From an uncultured Candidatus Binatia bacterium (lineage in GTDB: Bacteria > Desulfobacterota > Binatia > HRBIN30): a DNA stretch of 64,000 nt. The notes beneath the pieces were generated by a model that saw only the letters and a program-made list of their open reading frames with translations, was not told the origin of the DNA and ran no database searches. The stretch lies in NCBI GenBank assembly GCA_964524885.1, contig CAZGEJ010000008.1, positions 53,462 to 117,461 of the forward strand. The letters run 5' to 3'. Position numbers and translations under genes: made by a program. Shown here in pieces: positions 8,618 through 17,417 of the stretch; within the stretch, counting starts at the first letter, position 1; the number at the start of each line of letters is the position of its first letter.

Positions 8618-11600
8618 TCACTCCGGATCCGTGCAGTCGACGCGGAATCGCGCCGTGCCGCGGCCGTTGAGAGCCGCTGAACACGACGGCCGCGCATCTT
8701 GGCAGAAGCCGATGCCTGCCGTCGGGCAACTCGGTGCCTCGCAGCCGTCACCATCCTCACCACCCGTCGGAGTACAAGTCGTAAAGCCCTCCTGGCCGAT
8801 GTACTCCCAGCAGCAATCGCCGAAGGTGGGGAACCCGGTCCATCCGCCGTCGGCGGCGATGCCCACCTGGTCGATGTTGTCGAGCGGGGCGTCGGCCTGG
8901 ATCCGACACGTGGTCACGGCATTGTCCGACAGATTGTCGTCGTTCGGTGTCAGGTTGAGCGTCAGGCGTCCCCCCGGCCACTCCGCCGGGTCGACCGAGC
9001 CGCCATCGCTGCTGGTGACGCTGAAGCGGTGTGTACCCTGCGGGCAGCAGATCCCTGGGCTCTGGCAGAGCCCGGAGCCGTTGCAGCGCTCGACTCCGTC
9101 ACAGGCGCGATTGTTGCTCGTGCACACGGAGCCGAACGCGTCGTTGCCGTTGCAGTCGTCCGCGTCCTCGCGGCATTGTTCGCTACAGTCCGAATCGCCG
9201 TCGACTCCGGGGCATGGATTGCCCGAGCCCACGCAGGCTCCGGCGCCATTGCACGAAGAAGTGCTGGTACAGAACAGGCCGTCATTACACGGCTTACCGC
9301 TTGGGTTGTTGCCGGTGCAGGAGTACGTTCCGCCGGTTTCGACACAGGCCTCCGTGCAGTCGGAGCTGTTGAGGCCTTCGTCGACCAGCGACTGGCACGG
9401 ATCGTTGCTGCCGACACAAATGCCGGTCGCGTTGCAGCGGTCCGTCGTCGTGCACGCCAGGCTGTCGTTGCAACTCGAGTTGAGCGGGTCGTTGCCGTTA
9501 CAGTCGTCATTCGCTTCGCGGCACTGTTCACTGCAATCGCCGTCGCCATCGGCGCCCTGGCACGGCGTGCCGGTACCGATGCAGAAGCCGTCGCCGTCGC
9601 AGCGATCGGTGGCGGTGCAGAACAAGCCATCGTTGCACGACACGTTGGCCGGGTCGTTGGTCGAGCAGTCGTCCTCCGCCTCGTTGCAGCGCTCCGAGCA
9701 GTCGCCGTCGCCATCCGGTCCTGGGCACGGATCGCCGGCATGGACGGTACAGGCACCGGCACTGCACCGGTCGGTACCGTTGCAGAAGGTACCGTCCGAG
9801 CAGTTGCTGAGATTGGCATCTTGCGCCGTACAGCTGCCGACGCCGATACAGCCATAGCCGCTGCAGGCCGTCTCGTCGGCGCACGCCTCGCTGCAATCGC
9901 TGTCCAGGTCGCCCAGCTTGAACTGATTCGCGGGCAGGTAACACGGGTCGTTCGGGTCGTCCGGGTCGCTGCCGATGATACAACGCTTGTTGCACGGATC
10001 GGCGCTGCGTACGCACGCACCCGCGCTGCACTTGTCGGCATCGCCGTTGCAGAAATCGTCGTCTCGGCAATCGAGGGCATCAGCCGACACGGCGGTGCAG
10101 CTCGACGTCGCTTCGTCGCAGGCATCTTGGCACGTCGCCGACAAGCCTACGCCGCGACCCAGCAAATCCTTGCTGTCGCCCGGACAGGGCGGCGCGCCGC
10201 CTTGGCATGTGCCGGCGACACAGAAGTCCTGCGCCACGGTGATGTCGGTGCCGTCGATCGAGAACACCTCCGAGGCGCAGGCGCGAGCGGCGCAGCGCCC
10301 ACCGTTCGGACAGTCCGCGTTGCCGGCACAAGGCTTGCCGGCGTCGGGTCCGTCGCAAACGTCGGCGCAGTTGTTGCTGCGGCAGTCCGAGTCCTGCGTG
10401 CAAGCGTTGCCGACGTCCGCGCCGGTGCAGAACAGTTGGTCGTTGCAGGGGGTGCCGTCCGGATCGGGGAAAGTGCAGGTGTTGGCGAACTCGTCACACG
10501 ACTCGCTGCAATTGATGTCGTCGTCGCCGCCATAGGCGCCGCCGTTGGGACAGGGATCGATGTTTTCGCTGACGCACAGACCGCCGGCGCAGACCTCGGT
10601 GCCGTTGCAGAACAGGCGATCGTCGCATGAGGAGCCATCCGGGTCATTGCCCGTGCAGGCATCGGCGCTTTCGTCGCACGTCTCGGAGCAGTCGGTGTCG
10701 GCATCGGGTCCGGCACACGGATCACCCGTGTGAATCGTGCAGGAGCCACCGCTGCACGTATCGTTGCCATTGCAGAAGAATCCGTCGTCGCATGGCGCCT
10801 GGTTGGCCTCGTGGCTGCAAGCGCCGAAGCCGTTGCACTCGTCGTCCGTGCACTGGTTGTCGTCGCTTTCGCAGACCTTGCCGGCAGGGGCGTAGCCGTT
10901 GTCGCGACAGCTGCCGCTGCCGTTGCAGGTGTCCTGCACGACACAGGCGCTACCCGGGTCGCCACATGGCGTTCCGGAGATTTCGAAGTTCGGGCGACAG
11001 ACCCCGGCACCGTTACACGAATCGGGGTTGTTGCATTCGGTATCCGTGCCGTCGCCGCACGTCGTACCGGCATCGACGAAGCCCTGGTCGAGACACTCGC
11101 CGGAACCGTCGCAGGTATCTTGGTTGATGCACTCGGTGCCCGTATCGCCGCAGGCCGTACCTACGGGCATGTCGTTGTCGCCGCACGCGCCGGCACCGTC
11201 GCAGGAGTCGGGTGCCGTACAGGCATTCGAGGTGGGATCGCCGCAGGTCGTGCCGGCCGACTTGAAGCCCTGATCGGCGCATTGGCCGCTGGCATCACAG
11301 GTGTCTTGGTTGGTGCACTCGGTGCCGGCGTCACCGCAATGGCTGCCTACCGTCGCGTGGTTGACGGCACAGGTACCGGAGCCGTCGCAGGTGTCGGGAT
11401 TGGTGCATTCGGTATCCGACGCATCGCCGCAGGGTGTACCGGCCGCGACGAAGCCGGCGTTGCGACATTGGCCGAAGCCGTTGCAGGTGTCCTGGACGAC
11501 GCACTCGCTGCCGGCGTCGCCGCAATCGGTGCCGCTGACGGCATGGTTGCCCTGGCAGGTACCGGCTCCGTCACAGGTGTCGGGGTTGGTACAGGCGTCG

Positions 11601-14296
11601 TCGGTAGGATCGCCGCAGGTCGTGCCAGAGGGGCGGAAGCCGTTGTCGCTACAGCTACCGCTACCGTCGCAGGTATCCTGCACGGTGCACTCGTCGCCGG
11701 CGTCGCCGCACGTCGCTCCCGACGGGGCGTCGTTGGCCAGACAAGTCCCTGCCCCATCGCAGGCGTCGGGGTTGGTGCATTCGCTGTCGAGGGCCGAGCC
11801 GCAGGTGGTTCCCGCCGAAAGGAAACCGTTGTCGACGCAGCTACCGTCACCGTTGCAGGTATCTTGCACGGTGCACTCGTCGCCGGCGTCGCCGCACGCG
11901 GTGCCCACGCTCAAGTCGTTGTCCTGGCAGGTACCGGCACCGTTACAGGTATCCTGAGCGCTGCACTCCGTCGCCGGGTCGCCGCAGGTCGTGCCGCTCA
12001 CCTTGAAGCCGTTGTCGCTGCACGCACCGGTGCCGTCGCAGGTATCTTGGTTGACGCATTCGGTGCCGGCGTCGCCGCACGAAGCTCCGGCCACGAGGTC
12101 GTTCGGCTGGCAGCTGCCCGTGCCGTCACAGGTATCCTGGCCACTGCATTCGGTCGCAGCATCACCACACGTTGTGCCGCTCGGCCGGAAGCCCTGGTCG
12201 GAGCAACTCCCCGTGCCATCGCAAATGTCCTGGACGGTGCACTCGTCCCCGGCATCGCCACACGGCGTACCATGCGAGCGAAAGCCGTTGTCCGAACAGG
12301 TGCCAGCACCGTTGCAGGTATCCTGCACGGTGCACTCGTCCCCGGCATCGCCACAGGAGGTACCGGCGGCGAGGAAACCGTTGTCAGAGCAACTGCCGGT
12401 GCCGTCGCAGGTATCCTGCACCGTGCATTCGTTGCCGGCGTCGCCGCAGGTCGTGCCCGTGGGCAAGTCATTGGGAACGCACGAGCCCGTGCCGTTGCAC
12501 GTATCCTGGCCGCTGCATTCGTTGGCTGGATCGCCGCAGGTCGTGCCGGAGGCGACGAAGCCGTTGTCGGTGCAGCGCCCCGACCCATCACAGAGGTCCT
12601 GGTTGGTGCACTCGTCCCCGGCATCGCCGCAGGTCGTGCCGGCGGAGCGATGGTTCACTTGGCAACTACCGGCGCCATCGCAGGTGTCTTGTTCGGAGCA
12701 TTCCGTCCCTGGGCTGCCGCAGCTCGAGCCGGCGGGGGCGAAGCCATTGTCGACGCAACTGCCGGTGCCGTCGCAAGTGTCGCGCAGGGTGCATTCCGTG
12801 CCCGGATCACCGCAGCCGGTACCCGGCGCCAGATCGTTGGCGAGACAGCTGCCGGCACCGTCACAGGTATCTTGCTCGGAGCACTCGGTGGCCGGATCGC
12901 CGCAGGCCGTGCCGGCGGTGGCGAAGCCATTGTCGACGCAGCTTCCCGAGCCGTCGCAGGTGTCTTGTAGCGAGCAGGCATCGGGGTCGCCGCCACAGGC
13001 GGTTCCGGCGGGCAGGTCGTTGGCGATGCAGTTGCCGTTCCCATCGCAGGTATCGGCCAGGCTGCAGCCGTTCGCCGAGGCGTCGCCGCAGGTGGTGCCG
13101 AAGGGAGCGGCCATGTTGATGCAACCGCCCGAGCCGTCGCACGCGTCGACCGTACACGGGTTGCCGTCGTCGCATTCGACGTCGGGGTTGGTGCCGACCT
13201 GCACCGGCAGGCACGCGCCGTCGGCACCGCCCGTCTTGTCGCCGACGCAGGCCATGCAGCCGGAGTCACAACGGGCATCGCAACAGACGCCATCGCTGGA
13301 GCAGATGCCGGACTGACACTGATCGTCGCTGCCGCAGGCGCGGCCGAGAGGTGCCGGCGTTTGGGTCGGCGTGGCGGAAGGCGGGGGCGAGACGAGCGGC
13401 GGCGAGGTGGCGGTCGGCGTCGGCGTCGGCACGCTCTGGTACATCGATTCGTGCAGGAAGTCGGCGCAGGTGTCGACGCTGTCACGCGTGCAACTCTGCA
13501 GACTGGTCAAGTCGTTGCCGCAGGTGTCGAGGCCCGTGCTCAGCATGCCGGTGTCGCAGCGCTTGGCGATGCCGCCGGCGAGCTTGTCGAGGACGCCGAC
13601 GTACTGCTTGTACATCGGGTTGTTGGCGGCATCGACCTGGCTGCAATCGACGCTCTCCCAGCCGGGACGCTGGCGGTCCTTGTTGAACTGGCACTTACCG
13701 CGCAGCTGCAACACCTTGACGCCGTACTTGCGCGCTTCCTTGCCGACCGCCTTCTGGCAGCTGATCGCGGCGCGATCGTCGAGACCGGCTGTCGGCGTAC
13801 CGTAAACGTCGGTGACGATGCCTTCGATGCAGGCATCGGCGAGACACTTGAGGCATTTGCCTACGTCACTGTATCGCTTCAGTTCGGGGACGAAGGCATC
13901 GCAGGGGGCGGGGCAACCGGCGAAGCCGAGCGCCGCCGGGCCGACGGGGGCGTCGGCGTCGCAGCGCGAGGTCATGCGGCTGAAGGCAGAAGCCGTCTGA
14001 CCGGCGATGGCGTCGATGCCGTCGCCGTAACCGGCGGCAACCCAGGTGCTGGGATCGGCGCAGTCGAGCGTCGGCGGTGGCGGCAGGTCACCGGCCATTT
14101 GGTCGGCGTAGCAGTCGGTGTAGACGCGCAACACTTTGTCGAAATAGGCGCCGGCGCTGCTGTTGATGGCGCGGCGGCACTTGGCGCCGCCCGAGTCGAG
14201 CTGCCCCTCCTGGGCACCCGCGAAGTAGAGGGTTCCGGCGCCGATGCCGAACGCGAGAATCAATCCGAGTCGGATCACCGTGTTGCGTGTGCGCAT
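8618..14296 (-). CDS. Secreted cysteine-rich tandem-repeat protein (1892 aa): N-terminal Cys-containing domain, Pro/Thr linker, ~21 tandem ~31-aa four-Cys repeats, then ~10 C-x-D-x-x-F-C-N-G...PC (DUF4215-like) units
   Basis: ORF with signal peptide MRTRNTVIRLGLILAFGIGAGTLYFAGAQ and GGGGG 9 nt upstream of the ATG. Repeats such as CGDPATECSEQDTCDGAGSCLANDLAPGTG recur in tandem. The C-terminal half carries CDDGFFCNGNDTCSGGSCTIHTGDPC-type units. These resemble Myxococcales cysteine-rich repeat proteins. Confidence 0.8.
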   Translation of the reverse strand: MRTRNTVIRLGLILAFGIGAGTLYFAGAQEGQLDSGGAKCRRAINSSAGAYFDKVLRVYTDCYADQMAGDLPPPPTLDCADPSTWVAAGYGDGIDAIAGQTASAFSRMTSRCDADAPVGPAALGFAGCPAPCDAFVPELKRYSDVGKCLKCLADACIEGIVTDVYGTPTAGLDDRAAISCQKAVGKEARKYGVKVLQLRGKCQFNKDRQRPGWESVDCSQVDAANNPMYKQYVGVLDKLAGGIAKRCDTGMLSTGLDTCGNDLTSLQSCTRDSVDTCADFLHESMYQSVPTPTPTATSPPLVSPPPSATPTQTPAPLGRACGSDDQCQSGICSSDGVCCDARCDSGCMACVGDKTGGADGACLPVQVGTNPDVECDDGNPCTVDACDGSGGCINMAAPFGTTCGDASANGCSLADTCDGNGNCIANDLPAGTACGGDPDACSLQDTCDGSGSCVDNGFATAGTACGDPATECSEQDTCDGAGSCLANDLAPGTGCGDPGTECTLRDTCDGTGSCVDNGFAPAGSSCGSPGTECSEQDTCDGAGSCQVNHRSAGTTCGDAGDECTNQDLCDGSGRCTDNGFVASGTTCGDPANECSGQDTCNGTGSCVPNDLPTGTTCGDAGNECTVQDTCDGTGSCSDNGFLAAGTSCGDAGDECTVQDTCNGAGTCSDNGFRSHGTPCGDAGDECTVQDICDGTGSCSDQGFRPSGTTCGDAATECSGQDTCDGTGSCQPNDLVAGASCGDAGTECVNQDTCDGTGACSDNGFKVSGTTCGDPATECSAQDTCNGAGTCQDNDLSVGTACGDAGDECTVQDTCNGDGSCVDNGFLSAGTTCGSALDSECTNPDACDGAGTCLANDAPSGATCGDAGDECTVQDTCDGSGSCSDNGFRPSGTTCGDPTDDACTNPDTCDGAGTCQGNHAVSGTDCGDAGSECVVQDTCNGFGQCRNAGFVAAGTPCGDASDTECTNPDTCDGSGTCAVNHATVGSHCGDAGTECTNQDTCDASGQCADQGFKSAGTTCGDPTSNACTAPDSCDGAGACGDNDMPVGTACGDTGTECINQDTCDGSGECLDQGFVDAGTTCGDGTDTECNNPDSCNGAGVCRPNFEISGTPCGDPGSACVVQDTCNGSGSCRDNGYAPAGKVCESDDNQCTDDECNGFGACSHEANQAPCDDGFFCNGNDTCSGGSCTIHTGDPCAGPDADTDCSETCDESADACTGNDPDGSSCDDRLFCNGTEVCAGGLCVSENIDPCPNGGAYGGDDDINCSESCDEFANTCTFPDPDGTPCNDQLFCTGADVGNACTQDSDCRSNNCADVCDGPDAGKPCAGNADCPNGGRCAARACASEVFSIDGTDITVAQDFCVAGTCQGGAPPCPGDSKDLLGRGVGLSATCQDACDEATSSCTAVSADALDCRDDDFCNGDADKCSAGACVRSADPCNKRCIIGSDPDDPNDPCYLPANQFKLGDLDSDCSEACADETACSGYGCIGVGSCTAQDANLSNCSDGTFCNGTDRCSAGACTVHAGDPCPGPDGDGDCSERCNEAEDDCSTNDPANVSCNDGLFCTATDRCDGDGFCIGTGTPCQGADGDGDCSEQCREANDDCNGNDPLNSSCNDSLACTTTDRCNATGICVGSNDPCQSLVDEGLNSSDCTEACVETGGTYSCTGNNPSGKPCNDGLFCTSTSSCNGAGACVGSGNPCPGVDGDSDCSEQCREDADDCNGNDAFGSVCTSNNRACDGVERCNGSGLCQSPGICCPQGTHRFSVTSSDGGSVDPAEWPGGRLTLNLTPNDDNLSDNAVTTCRIQADAPLDNIDQVGIAADGGWTGFPTFGDCCWEYIGQEGFTTCTPTGGEDGDGCEAPSCPTAGIGFCQDARPSCSAALNGRGTARFRVDCTDPE

Positions 14297-14510
14297 GTGC
14301 CGTTACCCCCGAGCCCGTGCATGCGAGTGCGAGCGATGACCCGCGCCAGCGGCGGCTGCCTGTTCGTCTGCGTGCTTCGTCATCGCTTCACCCTCCAGGC
14401 CGGCCGGCGCCCCTCTGCCCTGTCAACTGCCCCTTGGCGCGCGGCTGGCGGCTACTCTTCCCCAGTCTGACCGAATCGCTGCGCTACATACGAAAGTCGG
14501 AACCAAAATG

Positions 14511-14560
14511 TCCAGAGAAATCTGACGAAAATCTGACGTTCGCGATTTTGCAAAGGAATT
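14511..14560. promoter_or_regulatory. AT-rich operator-like region in a divergent intergenic region: direct repeat AAATCTGACG x2 (14518-14527, 14530-14539) and palindrome AGGAA-TTTG-TTCCT
   Basis: Local AT-rich island in a 68% GC background, between the divergent genes starting at 14296 (-) and 14828 (+). The same decamer occurs again at 54482-54491, upstream of the 54663 gene. Confidence 0.4.
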
Positions 14561-14688
14561 TGTTCCTGCGGCGCACGGTTTCCCGCCCCTCCGAAGCGTC
14601 GCCGCGCGCCTCCCCAGCCGGTCCGGACCCGCCGCAGTCCCACCCCGAGCGCCCCCCAACGGCAACCAAACGCAGGCGCCGACGCGCC

Positions 14689-14718
14689 CTAAGCCTCAGC
14701 CTCAGCCTAAGCCTAAGC
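14689..14718. repeat. Hexanucleotide microsatellite (CTAAGC/CTCAGC)x5
   Basis: ctaagc ctcagc ctcagc ctaagc ctaagc, read directly in the intergenic region. Confidence 0.9.
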
Positions 14719-14827
14719 CCTCCGGCGCCCAAGCGCCGACCCCACCAATTGTCCGCCGAGCCCCCGCTCTGGTACGGTCGATCGCACCCGGCGGTGCAGC
14801 AAGCCGCTCGGTAGCGGAGGGCTGACT

Positions 14828-15895
14828 GTGTCCCATCGTTTCGCCCGACTCTGCGTGCTCAGCATGTTGGCCGCCGTGGCCTTCATCTGGATCCGCCGTC
14901 CAGCGGTCGAGCCACCGGTGCACGTACGCGAGTTCGTCTCCGAGGCCCTGACTCTCGACGGCATCTACCGTTCGATGCGCGGGCCGACGAGCAGCCGGAC
15001 CATCCAGATCGACCCGGCCCAGCCGCCGCGCCGCATCTGGATTCGCGGCGTCGATGTCGAACCCGTTGCCGCCGACGGCTCCGTGCTGCCGGACGGCCAG
15101 CAATTCATTTGTCACGTCAATCTGTCGTATCCCGATCGCGAGTCCTGGCTACGCGATCTCGAACCCATGGAGCGCCAGGGGCGCTGGCTGCCCTTCAACC
15201 AGTTCACCTTGGTGCAAGGGCACTACTCCATCGACTTCCCCCCAGGCTTTGCCCTACCCGCCTCCTCCGATCAGCCCTTCCGCTTGCTGACGATGGCGCA
15301 AAATCAGGATCCGGCGCGCGACCCCTTCGCCCTGCACATCCGCTCGCGGCTGCGCTTCCACTACGACGACGAACTGCCTCAGCCCCCCATCCCGCTCAAC
15401 AAGCTCTCTTGGGACATCCGCGTGCCCGCCCCTTACGTTCCCGAGGTGCACGACCCGTTGCGCGCCGGCGAGAGTTGCGCCGGCGACGACCCGATCCTCG
15501 GTGCCGAGGGCACGCCGCCGGTGCTGCACTTCGCCGTACCGCCCGGCCGGCACGAGTATCGCAGCGTCGTCGACGGGGTCACCAAGATCCCGTTTCCGAC
15601 GACGGCGCACCACATTTCGGCGCACCTACACGTCTATGGGGTATCCCTCGAACTACGCGACCAGACGGCCGACCGGACCTTGTTCAAGAGTCTCGCCACG
15701 ACCAACCCGTCGGCCACCGGAATCGTCGAGATGACCCACTATTCGAGTGCCAGCGGCCTGCCGCTCGATCCGACGCACCGTTACGAGTTGATCGCCATCT
15801 ACGACAACCCGACGCCGCACGTGGTCGACGCCATGGCCGTCGTTTACATCTATTACAGAGACGTCCCGCCCGGCTCCGGCGAGCAGGCCTCGTGA
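14828..15895 (+). CDS. Hypothetical membrane-anchored protein (355 aa, N-terminal TM helix), first gene of a three-gene operon
   Basis: GTG start with GGAGGG 6 nt upstream; N-terminal hydrophobic segment LCVLSMLAAVAFIWI. The stop overlaps the next start (GTGA). Confidence 0.6.
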   Translation: MSHRFARLCVLSMLAAVAFIWIRRPAVEPPVHVREFVSEALTLDGIYRSMRGPTSSRTIQIDPAQPPRRIWIRGVDVEPVAADGSVLPDGQQFICHVNLSYPDRESWLRDLEPMERQGRWLPFNQFTLVQGHYSIDFPPGFALPASSDQPFRLLTMAQNQDPARDPFALHIRSRLRFHYDDELPQPPIPLNKLSWDIRVPAPYVPEVHDPLRAGESCAGDDPILGAEGTPPVLHFAVPPGRHEYRSVVDGVTKIPFPTTAHHISAHLHVYGVSLELRDQTADRTLFKSLATTNPSATGIVEMTHYSSASGLPLDPTHRYELIAIYDNPTPHVVDAMAVVYIYYRDVPPGSGEQAS

Positions 15896-16764
15896 GTCCT
15901 TTCAGGATCCCATGGGCGCCTGCGGTCGACGGCCCCACGGAGCGCCGCCGGCAGGTCGACGCCTTCGCCACGCTGCTGCTGGCGATCGTCGCCGTCGAGT
16001 ATTGGTCGCGTGGCATCCCGAAGTGGAACGACCTCGGCCCGCAGTACGTCGGGACCGCCGTGCTCGTCAGCGTGCTGGCGCTGCTGGGCATCGCGTGGCC
16101 GCGAACGCGCCGTAGCGTCTGCGCCGTCATCACCGGGCTGCACGTCGGCATCATCGTCGCCGAGTTTCCCGAAGCGGCGAATCACTCGTACTTGGAGGCG
16201 ACCCTCTGCGGCTTGGTGGCCCTGCTCGACGTCCGGCGCGACGAGGAGGTGGTGCTGCTGCGCGATGCGGCCCGAGTTCTCTTCGCCATCGTCTTGTTCT
16301 ACGCCGGCCTGCAGAAACTCCTGAGCGGCTACTGGTTCGCCGGGCAATACCTCGCCTTCTCCCTGGCGCGTCCGTCCTTCCAGCCCGTCCTCGCGCCGCT
16401 CCTCACGGCCGACGAATTCGCGCGTCTGACGGCCTACGGCGGCGCCGTCGGCGATGGTCCGTATCGGGTCGAGACGCCGCTTTTCCTGCTCGCCTCGAAC
16501 GCGGTCTACATCGCGGAGATGGCCTTGGCGCCGCTGTTGCTGTGGCAACGGGCGCGCGTCCTGGCGGCGCTCGCCGCGATCGCCCTGATCGTCATCATCG
16601 AAATCGCCGCGCGTGAGTTCTTCTTCGGATTGGTCTTTCTCAACCTGGCGTTGCTCTTCCTGCCGTCGTCCTGGCATGGGCGCGCCCGCTGGCCCGGCGC
16701 CGCGGCACTCGCCTACCTTCTGCTCGTGCGCCTCGGCGTCGCGCCGGCGATGGTGTTCCAGTGA
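15892..16764 (+). CDS. Polytopic integral membrane protein, unknown function (~290 aa). A weak, unverified resemblance to HTTM/SdpB-like membrane proteins
   Basis: GTG at 15892 overlaps the upstream TGA. Translation VSPFRIPWAPAVDG... contains many hydrophobic helices. It is reported in the track only as the C-terminal part of the mis-started ORF 15109..16764. Confidence 0.55.
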   Translation: MSPFRIPWAPAVDGPTERRRQVDAFATLLLAIVAVEYWSRGIPKWNDLGPQYVGTAVLVSVLALLGIAWPRTRRSVCAVITGLHVGIIVAEFPEAANHSYLEATLCGLVALLDVRRDEEVVLLRDAARVLFAIVLFYAGLQKLLSGYWFAGQYLAFSLARPSFQPVLAPLLTADEFARLTAYGGAVGDGPYRVETPLFLLASNAVYIAEMALAPLLLWQRARVLAALAAIALIVIIEIAAREFFFGLVFLNLALLFLPSSWHGRARWPGAAALAYLLLVRLGVAPAMVFQ

Positions 16765-17225
16765 CGACGGCGACGAAGCGGTGGATCGTGCGCGGCGTCT
16801 TGACGGCGGCGCTGCTCTGGCCCCTCGTGCATCTCGCCTTGGTCGCGCGCTACGACTTGAGCCGTTGGAAGCTCGCCGGCTGGGGCATGTACACCGAGCC
16901 GGGACTCAAGGACGTCGGCATGGAAGTCTACGGCCGGCGCACGGCCAACGGGACGCTGGAAATCCTCACCGAGATCGACGCGGTCCTGCGCCGGGAGGCC
17001 GACGAATTCCTGTACGATTATCGCTGGTTGCGCCGCCTGACCCAGCCCGACTCGTTCGTCGCCGCCATCGCCGCGGCGCGTCCCGAGTGGCAACGGATCG
17101 AGGTCCATGTCTTCCGTCCCTATCTGGACGCGGCCAGCGGCATCGTCGAACGCTCGCAGGTGCGTTACCTCTACGACCGAGACCACGACGGGATACGACT
17201 GTCGGCGGTCGAGGAAGTCCATTGA
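16761..17225 (+). CDS. Hypothetical protein (154 aa) with an N-terminal TM helix, third gene of the operon
   Basis: GTG start overlaps the TGA of the previous gene (GTGA); hydrophobic segment WIVRGVLTAALLWPLVHLALV. Confidence 0.5.
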   Translation: MTTATKRWIVRGVLTAALLWPLVHLALVARYDLSRWKLAGWGMYTEPGLKDVGMEVYGRRTANGTLEILTEIDAVLRREADEFLYDYRWLRRLTQPDSFVAAIAAARPEWQRIEVHVFRPYLDAASGIVERSQVRYLYDRDHDGIRLSAVEEVH

Positions 17226-17417
17226 GCCGGCGGCACGGCCCGCGGATGATTTGACCCGCGAAACCCATGCGCTAGGGTGCCGACGGACTTTGGGGTACGC
17301 GATCCATGCCCACGGAGGAGAGAGGAACGCGCCGGCCGGCCACGGCCCGCGCAGGCGGTGGTGGGCGTCAGGGCACGCGTGGCCCGACGCGGCGCACCGT
17401 CCGCTTCCACGACTGAC

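Noticed and set aside
8631-13316. Plus-strand ORFs 8631..9857, 8699..10630, 10730..12970, 11991..13316 and nested minus-strand ORFs (e.g. 8962..10125, 10147..11073)
   Set aside because: These are alternate or antisense frames of the 1892-aa Cys-rich gene. They are low-complexity, rich in Ala/Arg/Pro/Ser, with no start context.
14540-14560. Sigma-54 promoter at ttttgcaaaggaatttgttcc
   Set aside because: A TTGCA element is present, but no GG lies at the required 10-bp upstream spacing on either strand.
14287-14814. 175-aa plus-strand ORF containing SLSLSLSLS
   Set aside because: It spans the divergent intergenic region. The repetitive peptide is just the hexanucleotide microsatellite translated, and there is no RBS.
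15109-16764. 551-aa ORF 15109..16764 read as a single protein
   Set aside because: Its N-terminal ~260 aa is an Arg/Pro-rich out-of-frame overlap of the first operon gene. The genuine gene starts at GTG 15892, overlapping the upstream stop.
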